A DNA stretch of 64,000 nt from Promethearchaeota archaeon (lineage in GTDB: Archaea; Asgardarchaeota; Lokiarchaeia; Sigyniarchaeales; SOKP01). The position numbers and the translations under genes were made by a program. The stretch spans positions 96,001 through 160,000 of the forward strand of contig JBHLOY010000004.1 of assembly GCA_048939995.1 (NCBI GenBank), written 5' to 3'. A model generated the notes under the pieces. The model ran no database searches. It had not been told where the DNA came from and was given only the letters and a program-made list of their open reading frames with translations. This document shows positions 49,401-57,926 of the stretch, piece by piece; positions within the stretch are counted from its first letter, which is position 1, and each line of letters starts with the position of its first letter.

Positions 49401-50345
49401 ATGGGACTTATTAGATAATGATAATATATCAAAAAACGCACTAAATTCTTCAAAGTCCTCTTGGGATATGGTTTGATTATTATCTATAAATTGCGAAATA
49501 TTACCATAAACACTTTCAAAGTCCACAATTATTTCTGTCAATTGTTCAAAAAGGTTTTCAATTTCTAAGGAATAAACGAAAGATAAATCTAGCGAATCGA
49601 AATTAAAATTTACTTGCTTAATTGACTCTAAAATGTCTTTTTCGAAGAAATCAAATGAGTAAAGGGTAAAAATAGTAGAAGAAATATGATTATTTAGGAG
49701 ATATTCTTTAGATGTTAATCGGTCTAAATCTAATGCACTCCAATAACCATCCATCGGTAGATTTTTAGTTACTTCTTGAAAAAATAACTCCCAATCTGGA
49801 TAATATCCAATAAAAGGGAAGAAATTTGATTCTGTAACATTGATCATGATTAAGTCAATCGAAAATTTTCTTTTAATAATCTCAAGAGCTCTCTTAGCTC
49901 GGACTTTTGCATCTTCTTCTATAACTTCTTTGTCGTAGTAAAGAAATCCAGAAAAGCCATTGAAACTAATAGAATATTGATTAGTAAAATTATTCTCATT
50001 TAATATTCTCGGAAATATCTTTGGAGTTATTCCATTTGATGCACTTATCAGAAAGTTACATTTATAAAATGCTGGGTCTCGGATGTCGAGATTCGGTAAT
50101 ATATTTGTATCATTTGTAAAAAGAGATTGCTTTATAACAGATTGATTACCTGCGACAAAAGTATCTATCTTTTCAGCATAAAGATCAGTTCCAGCAACAT
50201 CAGAGCTCTTTAGTTTTGTTTCTTCTTGTATATCTCCTGAGACTTGGTTATAGTTAATACTTATGAAATTTAAGATCGAAATTGGAAAAATAAATAAAAA
50301 TGAAATTATAATTACAACCAACTTTCGATTAATATATTTCCACAT
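46434..50345 (-). CDS. large cell-surface glycoprotein with CARDB/DUF11/COG1361-like Ig repeats and C-terminal TM anchor
   Basis: N-terminal hydrophobic helix; repeats ITAHNVGN, YFQNIGT, IMKNTG, ITVRNIGN; many N-x-S/T sequons; C-terminal TM plus basic tail. Confidence 0.8.
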   Translation of the reverse strand: MWKYINRKLVVIIISFLFIFPISILNFISINYNQVSGDIQEETKLKSSDVAGTDLYAEKIDTFVAGNQSVIKQSLFTNDTNILPNLDIRDPAFYKCNFLISASNGITPKIFPRILNENNFTNQYSISFNGFSGFLYYDKEVIEEDAKVRAKRALEIIKRKFSIDLIMINVTESNFFPFIGYYPDWELFFQEVTKNLPMDGYWSALDLDRLTSKEYLLNNHISSTIFTLYSFDFFEKDILESIKQVNFNFDSLDLSFVYSLEIENLFEQLTEIIVDFESVYGNISQFIDNNQTISQEDFEEFSAFFDILSLSNKSHYTSLMIQYEGMEGAIKRVGKNRYEFNLWDALNYSGESLRPSEKIFIVLTGAFMSAIDINILCTEIIDMTPRYFNLYEFLLEQIELILFYADVEFDMDIVRDYTFNLFWVDQGGIKRSYIKPVNLNDDTDFINFLPLLGFQGLSGIPTGIFDPIQDFRITYLTNTSDSNLIIKKQLVNSNASFGVFQDFLFNITAHNVGNQSVWGVKTPFPLSLEDIFSILAGPFSDALLDDLWEIVRIEYPNEYNSLEDFFNFDEDPRIFYFDSLGVGIIDTYYPNINNISNLWPYNSDADNVLDILFDAYPIYLTILDPNEVKELFTNENSIWNKQNWKLNPNQKISYIYSNLSINAFDSYSEFYRFNFTIKETPVLPVMISGNSIGGTNPYMALSNDKDSWIIESEEQYANQYELELVFIFQNQTNINLINKSIDSVSITINYTDPFDLISFEIFDYSLEEYIDMNPNLDSRENETSTYFYTNVNRNLNWLFDPYEQNNYTVIIRISGEDSNSFNISINDFDIFFSYRNVNEYTSSSARVIYSSQTGNVQYVHRSNSVSLSTNNMSSIISFAYLGNYSAKAGEINTYNLYFQNIGTKIAYDINISILIPGIVKDANDFSIDQNHLTYFLPELAPLEGKEVNFSFYVPNSESIFNARVTYRNPSLIYNTNTSKLSSIPNEVNIFAFIDYINYIPFVHSFGISYNSSNFSPLIGDLFNLSIIMKNTGIVEFPISQINITLSDQFGDLIYRNPSNNYSIKDLNFNSSKKFDFLLKKRDWKGYYYPSINFIDNKDSRVFQIAVSESIVLGNISLFIHKSVSKNQIEVGDVISVEITVRNIGNICIKNITLSDIVSFNQIYFELVEGSLITRISCIAPNETVLMIYKIRAKSQSIITLKAARIEYFFLRKKIDISNIIEVKMIIPIMTQFYFILIPFLTSLSVLIIFLRHNYSQKSKKFEIQRLEASLFRTGPRDSILKIKSSLKEELDKISKIQKGEIEN

Positions 50346-50363
50346 CTATTATTATGATACCTC

Positions 50364-53312
50364 TTACATAGTCTCCCGATATATATCAACAATCTTTTTT
50401 TTACGAACTTTCCTCAATAATAATTTCATACCAATTAACGTGGCTATAATTGAGACCGCATAAATAATGATCATGTTACTTAAGGGAAATATGGGATTAT
50501 TCGGTAAATTAGATAATAAATTTACGGATGAAGACAATAAAAGTCCAGTTAACCACCCAACTAGTACCCCCACAGTTCCACTACTTAGCATTATTATTAA
50601 TGCTTCAATCGTAAATAAATGATTTATTTGTTTTCCTTTTAACCCCAAAGTCCGTATAATACCAATTTCTTTCTTCCTTTCCAAAATTGTAGAGTAAGAA
50701 GATGATAACAATCCAAATAGAGAAATTATAATTGTTGCATCAAGTGTTATGCTAAAAAATGTATTCAATATAGAAAAAAACGATTGTTGTAAGCCTACAG
50801 TACTTTTTAGATCAGTTACTTCAAAATCATAATATGGATTGTAGTTATCTTCGATGAATTCTTGTATTATTCGCGAATTTCTCAAAGCATTAGAGTGGAG
50901 TTTAATAAAAACTTTGTCTAAATAGGGAATGGGAGGAATATTCATAAGATCTAGATAATTATTATGCGAAATCATCACTCCTCCCATATTTGCCATTCCG
51001 CCTGATCTACCAAAATACTCAAAAAATCCTGGCATAGTTGCAGCGACTCCTACAATTCTAAATGTATATATTTCACTTTCATCTCCTCTTTGAACTACCA
51101 ATCTAATGAGATCATTAATAGTTAAATCTAAATTTACTGACAATCCTTCTGAGATAATACAAGTATATCCGATGTTTACTGCAAACAATTGTTCAAAAGA
51201 ACTAATAAGATCGCCTTTAGTAAACTCTATAAAGTTGGTATTTATAGTAGAAGAATATTCCTCGTCGATTCCTAGTAATGTTACTTCTTGAGTAAATAAT
51301 CCTGCATAATCTCCTATTTCTGCTGTGAATTCTTTTCCTTCTACTGAGTATATCTGTGTTAGATGTGCAGGGCTTGCAATGACACTAGAAACTTTTTCAA
51401 CACCATTAATACTTAATAAATCTTCCTCAAAATCAGTAGTTAATATCCTAGTTGGGTCAATAGAATATGCTGCCGTCTGTAGACCAAATGGCCCTCCCTG
51501 ACTTGATTCTTCCTCTTCTTCCCAACCAATTGTTTCTATAACCAAGTCCGAGCCATATGATAAATTTGCTCCGATCTCAACTTGATTCGTAAGAAACTGA
51601 ACTGCTGCTGCTGTAAAAATTACAAATGAAAAAGTAAAAGCAAAAATAATTGTAGTAGTTGCATTTCTTCTTGCATAGCGAAAAATAAATATTTTGTAAA
51701 CAGGAGCTAATTTTTTAGAAAATAAACGAAACACACTAATAAAGAATCTTAACACTATGGGCATTAATCCTAATCCTGCCAATGTTAGTCCGATGAGAAA
51801 AACTATCAATAGTGCGATTAAGATCCCAGACATTAAGACAAAATCTGATGAGATTAATACTCTCGGTATTACAAAGAGTACAAATGCACCATTTATAGCT
51901 AGAATAACGCCCATTATTACTAATTTGTAATTTACTGATGCTTTTTGTTGTAGGTGATAAAGTGTGTCTTCATGCCGGTATGGATGAATTGATTCAATAA
52001 GTTGAAGTTTCATAACTTTTAATGCAGGGGATAAACTAACTATTAATCCAACGATTATACCAATTAAGTATGAAATTAAAATAGACCAAAAACTTATAGA
52101 GAAAGCAAAATTTCCAGCTAAACCGGGGATGCTTTCAGCAGCAACTCCTTCTGCAATAGGAACTATAATGAATTGAGTTGCCAGATAGGCTCCAAGAATC
52201 CCGGATATTGTTCCAAAATTACATAACAATAATCCTTGAACGAATACAATAGATAAATTATATTTTTTAGTAGCCCCAAGCGTTCTAAATATCCCAAATT
52301 CTCTGATTCTCTCCTCTACGGAGGTTTGCAGCAATCCATTAATTAACACACCAGATATCAGCATTGCTATCATCGACACGAATACAAAAATAATGGTAAT
52401 TCCAACACTTAAAATTTCTGAGAATCCAAGTATTTCTAATTTAGGTAGTTCTATATTATATGGATTTATTCCTATAAGTAACCGAACATCTCCTGCAATT
52501 TCTCTAACTCGATCTTTAGATGCACTTAAATCACGTGCATCGTAAAATTCATTTCCATTTTTAAAAGTCATTATTAATTCATTGCATCTTCCTTGAAATT
52601 CTGAACCGAAAATAGAATAAATAGTCTCAATATCAACAACCATTAAAGGTTGATTGGAATAATATAGGGGGAATTTCAAGTTAAAATCAAAAACAGAGTT
52701 AATAGTGAGATTTTGCGTCCTATAATAAGATTGATTCCCATGTCTTAGCCTCATTCGAATCTCAATTGTATCATTTTCTGCATATTTGATAATATCATTA
52801 AATTTGTAATAAATAGCGCAATGATTTAAGGGTAAAGCTGATATATCTAATAGTTGGGTTGTTTCAGGCTGTACAAAAGCTCCAAAATTTATCTGATTTT
52901 CTAAAGTAAAATTAATACCTACTAAAAATACAGAACTTATTTCATTGGTAAGATCTGGTGATTCTTTACTTACTGAAATATTTGTATTACCCCATAAATT
53001 CATCCGTGGAATAAAATTGCCAATTTGGGGGAAATCCTGTTTTATAGAATCAACTAAAGGATTATATTCAAAATAATTAGATCGATCCTTAGGTTCTCCA
53101 ATATAATGTCTTACAGTAACTTTCATATCCGCGTTTCCAGCATCGATCGCCATATAATCTACATAAGTCACCGCAATAGAATCAGATAAAAATAGGACTA
53201 TCGCTAATAGACCCACCGAAATCATTACTCCAATAATACCGACGGAGGTTCTTACTTTTTGTTTTCCTAAATCTTTTAATGCGTATTTAAAAACTGTTTT
53301 AATTTTTGGCAT
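50364..53312 (-). CDS. type VII (MacB/FtsX-like) ABC permease with duplicated FtsX modules, paralogue A
   Basis: ERIREFGIFRTLG and ERKKEIGIIRTLG; same architecture as 38716-41682. Confidence 0.92.
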   Translation of the reverse strand: MPKIKTVFKYALKDLGKQKVRTSVGIIGVMISVGLLAIVLFLSDSIAVTYVDYMAIDAGNADMKVTVRHYIGEPKDRSNYFEYNPLVDSIKQDFPQIGNFIPRMNLWGNTNISVSKESPDLTNEISSVFLVGINFTLENQINFGAFVQPETTQLLDISALPLNHCAIYYKFNDIIKYAENDTIEIRMRLRHGNQSYYRTQNLTINSVFDFNLKFPLYYSNQPLMVVDIETIYSIFGSEFQGRCNELIMTFKNGNEFYDARDLSASKDRVREIAGDVRLLIGINPYNIELPKLEILGFSEILSVGITIIFVFVSMIAMLISGVLINGLLQTSVEERIREFGIFRTLGATKKYNLSIVFVQGLLLCNFGTISGILGAYLATQFIIVPIAEGVAAESIPGLAGNFAFSISFWSILISYLIGIIVGLIVSLSPALKVMKLQLIESIHPYRHEDTLYHLQQKASVNYKLVIMGVILAINGAFVLFVIPRVLISSDFVLMSGILIALLIVFLIGLTLAGLGLMPIVLRFFISVFRLFSKKLAPVYKIFIFRYARRNATTTIIFAFTFSFVIFTAAAVQFLTNQVEIGANLSYGSDLVIETIGWEEEEESSQGGPFGLQTAAYSIDPTRILTTDFEEDLLSINGVEKVSSVIASPAHLTQIYSVEGKEFTAEIGDYAGLFTQEVTLLGIDEEYSSTINTNFIEFTKGDLISSFEQLFAVNIGYTCIISEGLSVNLDLTINDLIRLVVQRGDESEIYTFRIVGVAATMPGFFEYFGRSGGMANMGGVMISHNNYLDLMNIPPIPYLDKVFIKLHSNALRNSRIIQEFIEDNYNPYYDFEVTDLKSTVGLQQSFFSILNTFFSITLDATIIISLFGLLSSSYSTILERKKEIGIIRTLGLKGKQINHLFTIEALIIMLSSGTVGVLVGWLTGLLLSSSVNLLSNLPNNPIFPLSNMIIIYAVSIIATLIGMKLLLRKVRKKKIVDIYRETM

Positions 53313-53348
53313 TTATCATGAAATTTTATAAATAAAATTCATATTCAA

Positions 53349-54527
53349 TTAAAGAAAGGTGAGTATTTCTCCTTGCACATTTCCATCAATATTGTTTTCT
53401 TTTAATAGTTCTACCAGAATGTCATTAAAATGTTCTGGTAAATTCATAATAATTTGTGATGGGATGGTACTCTTTATATCATCCAATCGTATCTCAGATT
53501 TACCTTGATTAGCAAATAAATACTTAAAAATCAGGGTTTTACACTTTTCTTTGTTAACTTCAGCATCGTATTTTCTTCTTGTTTCTATCGCCTCAGTTTC
53601 TTTCAAGCCCCCAACTTTACCCTCATGAGTTAACTTTCCATCTCTCATATGAAAAACCCTTGTAGCAAACTCAGAAACAGCAGCATCATGGCTTACTGCT
53701 ACAAACGTTGCGCCTCGTTTATTTAAGTCTCTAAGAAGATTTAAGATCATTACTCCTGTCTTACTATCGAGATCTCCTGTAGGTTCATCTAAAATCACTA
53801 TGGCAGGGTCATTTGCAAAGGCTCTAGCTATAGCAACTCTCTGTTGTTCACCACCTGACAGTTCTGAAGGAGTATGATGGGCTCTTTCTTCAAGTTCAAC
53901 CAATCTTAATAAATCAAGAGCTTTCTTTCTCTTACCTCTTCTACTTAACTTACCAGAAAAATGTAAAGGAACCATAACGTTTTCTAAAGCGGTCATTTGA
54001 GGTAAAAGATTATAGAATTGGAATACGAAACCAATTCTCTCTTTCCTAATATCTGCTAAATCATTATCATTTAACATAGATATATTACGGCCCTCTAAGA
54101 AAATCTTACCTCTCGTTGGTGTATCAAGTCCTCCGATTAGATTTAGTAAAGTAGTTTTTCCACTTCCGCTTGGACCCATTATATCTATAAAATCTCCTTT
54201 ATCTATAATCAGATCTACACCTCTCAGCGCTGCTACAGCGGTTTTGCCTAGTAAGTAAGTTTTATGAAGATTCTCAGCAATTATTAAATGATCATAATCC
54301 TTTCCGAGTTCTCGTCCATGTTTGATATCCTCTTTTAGTTTCCTTTTTTCTACACGAGAGAGTGCTAAAGAATCTAGTTTTTGACTTTTTATCTCATCTT
54401 TTTGTTTCTTTTGCTGCCATTTTTTAAAAGCCTTACTTACTCTTCCTTTCCAAATCGCTAATTTGCCTGTTTCTTCTTCATATTCATCCATCTCAGCCGT
54501 TTTTTCTATAATCGAATTTTCAGACAT
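53349..54527 (-). CDS. MacB/LolD-family ABC ATPase with N- and C-terminal extensions
   Basis: GPSGSGKT, FVFQFYNL, LSGGEQQRVAIARA, DEPTGDLD, VSHD. Confidence 0.95.
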   Translation of the reverse strand: MSENSIIEKTAEMDEYEEETGKLAIWKGRVSKAFKKWQQKKQKDEIKSQKLDSLALSRVEKRKLKEDIKHGRELGKDYDHLIIAENLHKTYLLGKTAVAALRGVDLIIDKGDFIDIMGPSGSGKTTLLNLIGGLDTPTRGKIFLEGRNISMLNDNDLADIRKERIGFVFQFYNLLPQMTALENVMVPLHFSGKLSRRGKRKKALDLLRLVELEERAHHTPSELSGGEQQRVAIARAFANDPAIVILDEPTGDLDSKTGVMILNLLRDLNKRGATFVAVSHDAAVSEFATRVFHMRDGKLTHEGKVGGLKETEAIETRRKYDAEVNKEKCKTLIFKYLFANQGKSEIRLDDIKSTIPSQIIMNLPEHFNDILVELLKENNIDGNVQGEILTFL

Positions 54528-54777
54528 GATTTTTTACCCATAACAAATAATTTTCGATGATACAACTAATTTTAAATATTAATATAATCTTATAGTGAAA
54601 TTTTGTTATCTTCTTTTTTCTCTATCCTTAGATTTAACTGAATACTTTTAATTTTTTAAATATTCAGATTCTAATTGATTAGAACATTAAACCTTTATCT
54701 TTATTTTAAAAAGATAAATAACTAAGTTTAATAAAAGTATGAATTATTGAAAATTTTTTGATTTTTGGATGGACTTC

Positions 54778-55518
54778 TTAGGTTTGTTTCAAGAATTTAA
54801 GAATCTTCTCACTTAATTCTTTTTCTGCATCTTTTTTAGTCTTAAACCTACTGGAATTCAACTCAGATGGAACAATAATTACTTGTTTATTATTATGATC
54901 TAAAATTTTAGGATTCTTTGCAATCCACTGAAGATCATGGTCGGGCCCTAATTTTTCATATTCAAATTCAATTATGGGAGTAAATTTCAATTTATTTTGC
55001 AAAAATTCTAGCAATTCATTCTTTGAAAAGTCAATAGACTCCTCGATAAAGATATTCCAGTCTTTTATAAATCTATCAATAATTTTTTGCTCTACAGCCT
55101 TTAAATCATAGCCCGAGTCGATATATAACGCTCCGCAGATCGCTTCAAATACATCTGCGGGAATAGAAGTGTCTTTAATATTTTGATGATTCGAGGAAAA
55201 AATGTAATATTCTAAGTTCATAATTGAAGCAATTTTCGAAAAGGTACGATTACTCTCTAGACACTGTTTAATCTTAGTTAATTTACCCGGATCAACCTCC
55301 CCTTCATTATAGATTTTTAAACTAAAAATCAATTTTATTACAGCATCTCCCAGAGTCTCTAAAATTTCATAATTAGGTAAATCATTTTCATTTCCAAATT
55401 GCGGTGTGCTTAGTGCTTGAAACAAGATTTTATGATCCTTAAATTTATAATTGATAAATTTTTGGAATTTACTTAATTTTTGTTTAGTTTGATGATTCAT
55501 ACTGCTCCTTATATTCAA
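54778..55518 (-). CDS. rnc: ribonuclease III (RNase III domain plus dsRBD)
   Basis: YEILETLGDAV signature, ADVFEAICGALYIDSG, dsRBD KNELLEFLQ...GPDH...TKKDAE. Confidence 0.9.
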   Translation of the reverse strand: MNIRSSMNHQTKQKLSKFQKFINYKFKDHKILFQALSTPQFGNENDLPNYEILETLGDAVIKLIFSLKIYNEGEVDPGKLTKIKQCLESNRTFSKIASIMNLEYYIFSSNHQNIKDTSIPADVFEAICGALYIDSGYDLKAVEQKIIDRFIKDWNIFIEESIDFSKNELLEFLQNKLKFTPIIEFEYEKLGPDHDLQWIAKNPKILDHNNKQVIIVPSELNSSRFKTKKDAEKELSEKILKFLKQT

Positions 55519-55560
55519 ATTAAGAAAAATTTAAAAATTTAAATAAAAGTAATTTATTAT

Positions 55561-55983
55561 ATGGAAAATGATAAGCTTAAAGAAACCTTATCAAAAATTA
55601 AATTAATTGATCAGAAGAATTTAGAAATAGAAAAAGCTCTTTCTGAACTGCCAATTTTAAGCAGGAATGATATGCTCATTGAAATAACAAACGATATTAT
55701 TAAACAACATAAGATTTTACAAGAAGAGGGATATTCAAAGGAGATGTGTGCATCTGAAACTGCAGATATGGATTCTATCTCAATTATTCTTGATACATTG
55801 ATTTTAGATATTAAAAAAACTCCATCTAAAAAGATACTATATTTAAGATCATTTCTGGATAAATTTCATGAAATCAATGAACAGGATAAAAATGTAATTA
55901 TACAGTCTATTCAAGATGAAAATCTAGAAAAGTTGAAAGAGAAGTTACTCTCTATAATGAATGTATTTAAAATAGAAATTTAA
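55561..55983 (+). CDS. hypothetical helical protein
   Basis: 140-aa ATG ORF in its own gap; no motif recognised. Confidence 0.65.
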   Translation: MENDKLKETLSKIKLIDQKNLEIEKALSELPILSRNDMLIEITNDIIKQHKILQEEGYSKEMCASETADMDSISIILDTLILDIKKTPSKKILYLRSFLDKFHEINEQDKNVIIQSIQDENLEKLKEKLLSIMNVFKIEI

Positions 55984-56008
55984 AAAATAGTGTAAATTTC
56001 CAATACTT

Positions 56009-56404
56009 CTAATACTTAAACAATTCTAGTAGAACTAAAACTTTCTTAATTCCCCTAATTTTAATTCTACCTGTTAGAATTTTTCCAATGATACTACCCA
56101 TTGAAACGCTGTCTCCACCTAATAAGTCTACGAACACTTGTGTTTTTGCTTGTAATAAACCATCCCAGCCAACTTTCTTTTTCTCTATATTTTCTTTTGG
56201 CTGGTTTTCAATTGCCTCAACAAAAATCCTTCCTTTATCGATAATTAATAACGCAGCAATTTTTCCATCTTTAGCATTTAAAAGAATTTTAAGTTCTTTT
56301 TCCTTAAAATCTTCCTTAAACTTCTCAATACTATTTAAAGGTTCCACTTGTTTACTTACTATTCCAGCAAAACCCTTTAACCTCTTCTTCTTTTCTTCGG
56401 TCAT
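56009..56404 (-). CDS. SCP2 sterol/lipid-carrier-like protein
   Basis: C-terminal ILTGRIKIRG..VL.L pattern typical of the SCP2 fold. Confidence 0.65.
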   Translation of the reverse strand: MTEEKKKRLKGFAGIVSKQVEPLNSIEKFKEDFKEKELKILLNAKDGKIAALLIIDKGRIFVEAIENQPKENIEKKKVGWDGLLQAKTQVFVDLLGGDSVSMGSIIGKILTGRIKIRGIKKVLVLLELFKY

Positions 56405-56566
56405 AAAAATCAGTTTATAAAATTTTAGCTAGAAGATTACTTCAATTAATTTATTAAACTTATTTTATTTTAAAGGTTTAAATTTTAATTAATTTTTTGG
56501 ATATTTTATAACAAAACTAGGAAGAAGATACAGACTAATTATACACAAATCCCCTAATTTATAACA

Positions 56567-56821
56567 CTAATACCCATCAGCTTCAGTAATATCGAAAAGA
56601 TCCTCGTAGGCTTTACGTTCTCGCTCTGAAATTCTTTCTCCTTTCAACCCTTCCTTTATAATAATTGGTGCGACTTCTTTCTCATCATGTTTAATCGATT
56701 TGACTAATTTGTAATCCTCTGGTGAATTAGTATCTAAATCGAATTCTTGGTTGCATGCCTTGCAAAACAATTTTTTATTTTTGGGGATTAATATATTGTC
56801 GCAGTTGGGGCAAAATCTCAT
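56567..56821 (-). CDS. TFS/RpoM (RPA12/RPB9/RPC11)-like protein with only the N-terminal zinc ribbon
   Basis: MRFCPNCDNILIP...FCKAC; no second ribbon. Confidence 0.8.
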   Translation of the reverse strand: MRFCPNCDNILIPKNKKLFCKACNQEFDLDTNSPEDYKLVKSIKHDEKEVAPIIIKEGLKGERISERERKAYEDLFDITEADGY

Positions 56822-57120
56822 TACTCAGTAATTCACCTTTTTATGCTTTAAAAACTTTACTCTTTGGTTCAAATTTAATATCCAGAAATATAGAAAATAA
56901 TGTTGATATATAAATTTATTGGAAACCAATAAAATTGTGACTCAATAAAATATATAAACTTCTCTATTACAAGATGATTGTATTATTAATTCTTTGATAA
57001 TCCTATAAACTCAAAAACACTAATTGACAGCTCTATTTTATCATAAATACCTATTTAAGTAAAACTATTTAAAAATTGGTAGATTTTTCATCTTAATGGA
57101 TATAAGGGATATTATAAAAA

Positions 57121-57840
57121 ATGGAAGAACGTAAACCACAAATCCTAGTTATAGGACATAAAGGCGCGAGTAAAGTTAAACCAGAGAATACTTTAATTGC
57201 TTTTCAGAAAGCCATAGAACTTCAAGCCAACTATATTGAATTTGATATTCAAGCATCTAAAGATGGCAAAATCGTTGTGTTTCACGACTATGATATCTTA
57301 AGAATTACTGGCTTGGAAGGGAATGTCGATGAGATGACCTTGGAAGAATTAAAAAAATTAAACGTTGGAGAAGGGGAACAAATCCCAACTTTAGAAGAAG
57401 TAATTGAATTAACAAATAAAAAAATTGGGTTGCAAATTGAAATAAAGTGTGAATATATTGGAGAGAAAGTTGTAGAAATGTTAAGGAATGCAGATCTTAT
57501 TGAATCAAGTATTGTTAGTTCATTTATTCACAATGAATTATTAAGAATTCAGAAGCTGGAACCTAAATTAAAACTGGGAGCCCTAATTTCTGAGAGAGTA
57601 TCAGATCCTAAAGACTTAAAAAAAGCAACTAAAAGAGTAATTAAAAAAAAGTTTTATGCTGTTCATCCATATTTTGCGGGTGTGGATCAAAAATTAGTGA
57701 ATTATGCTCATGTTAATGGTTTAAAAGTTAATGTTTGGACTGTAAATGAAAGGAACGATATTGAAAGACTTATCGCTTTCGGAGTCGATGGAATAATAAC
57801 CGATGATATTCAACTAACAAAGGAATTGTTAGGACGTTAG
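57121..57840 (+). CDS. glycerophosphodiester phosphodiesterase
   Basis: GHKGA, PENT, EFD, HD, VWTVN, GVDGIITD. Confidence 0.95.
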   Translation: MEERKPQILVIGHKGASKVKPENTLIAFQKAIELQANYIEFDIQASKDGKIVVFHDYDILRITGLEGNVDEMTLEELKKLNVGEGEQIPTLEEVIELTNKKIGLQIEIKCEYIGEKVVEMLRNADLIESSIVSSFIHNELLRIQKLEPKLKLGALISERVSDPKDLKKATKRVIKKKFYAVHPYFAGVDQKLVNYAHVNGLKVNVWTVNERNDIERLIAFGVDGIITDDIQLTKELLGR

Positions 57841-57926
57841 AAGTTTTTCTATTTAAAAAAATATTTTAGGTGTAGATTATTATCTCCTTTTAATTCAAAT
57901 AAAATAGTCTTCTTTCTTATATTATA

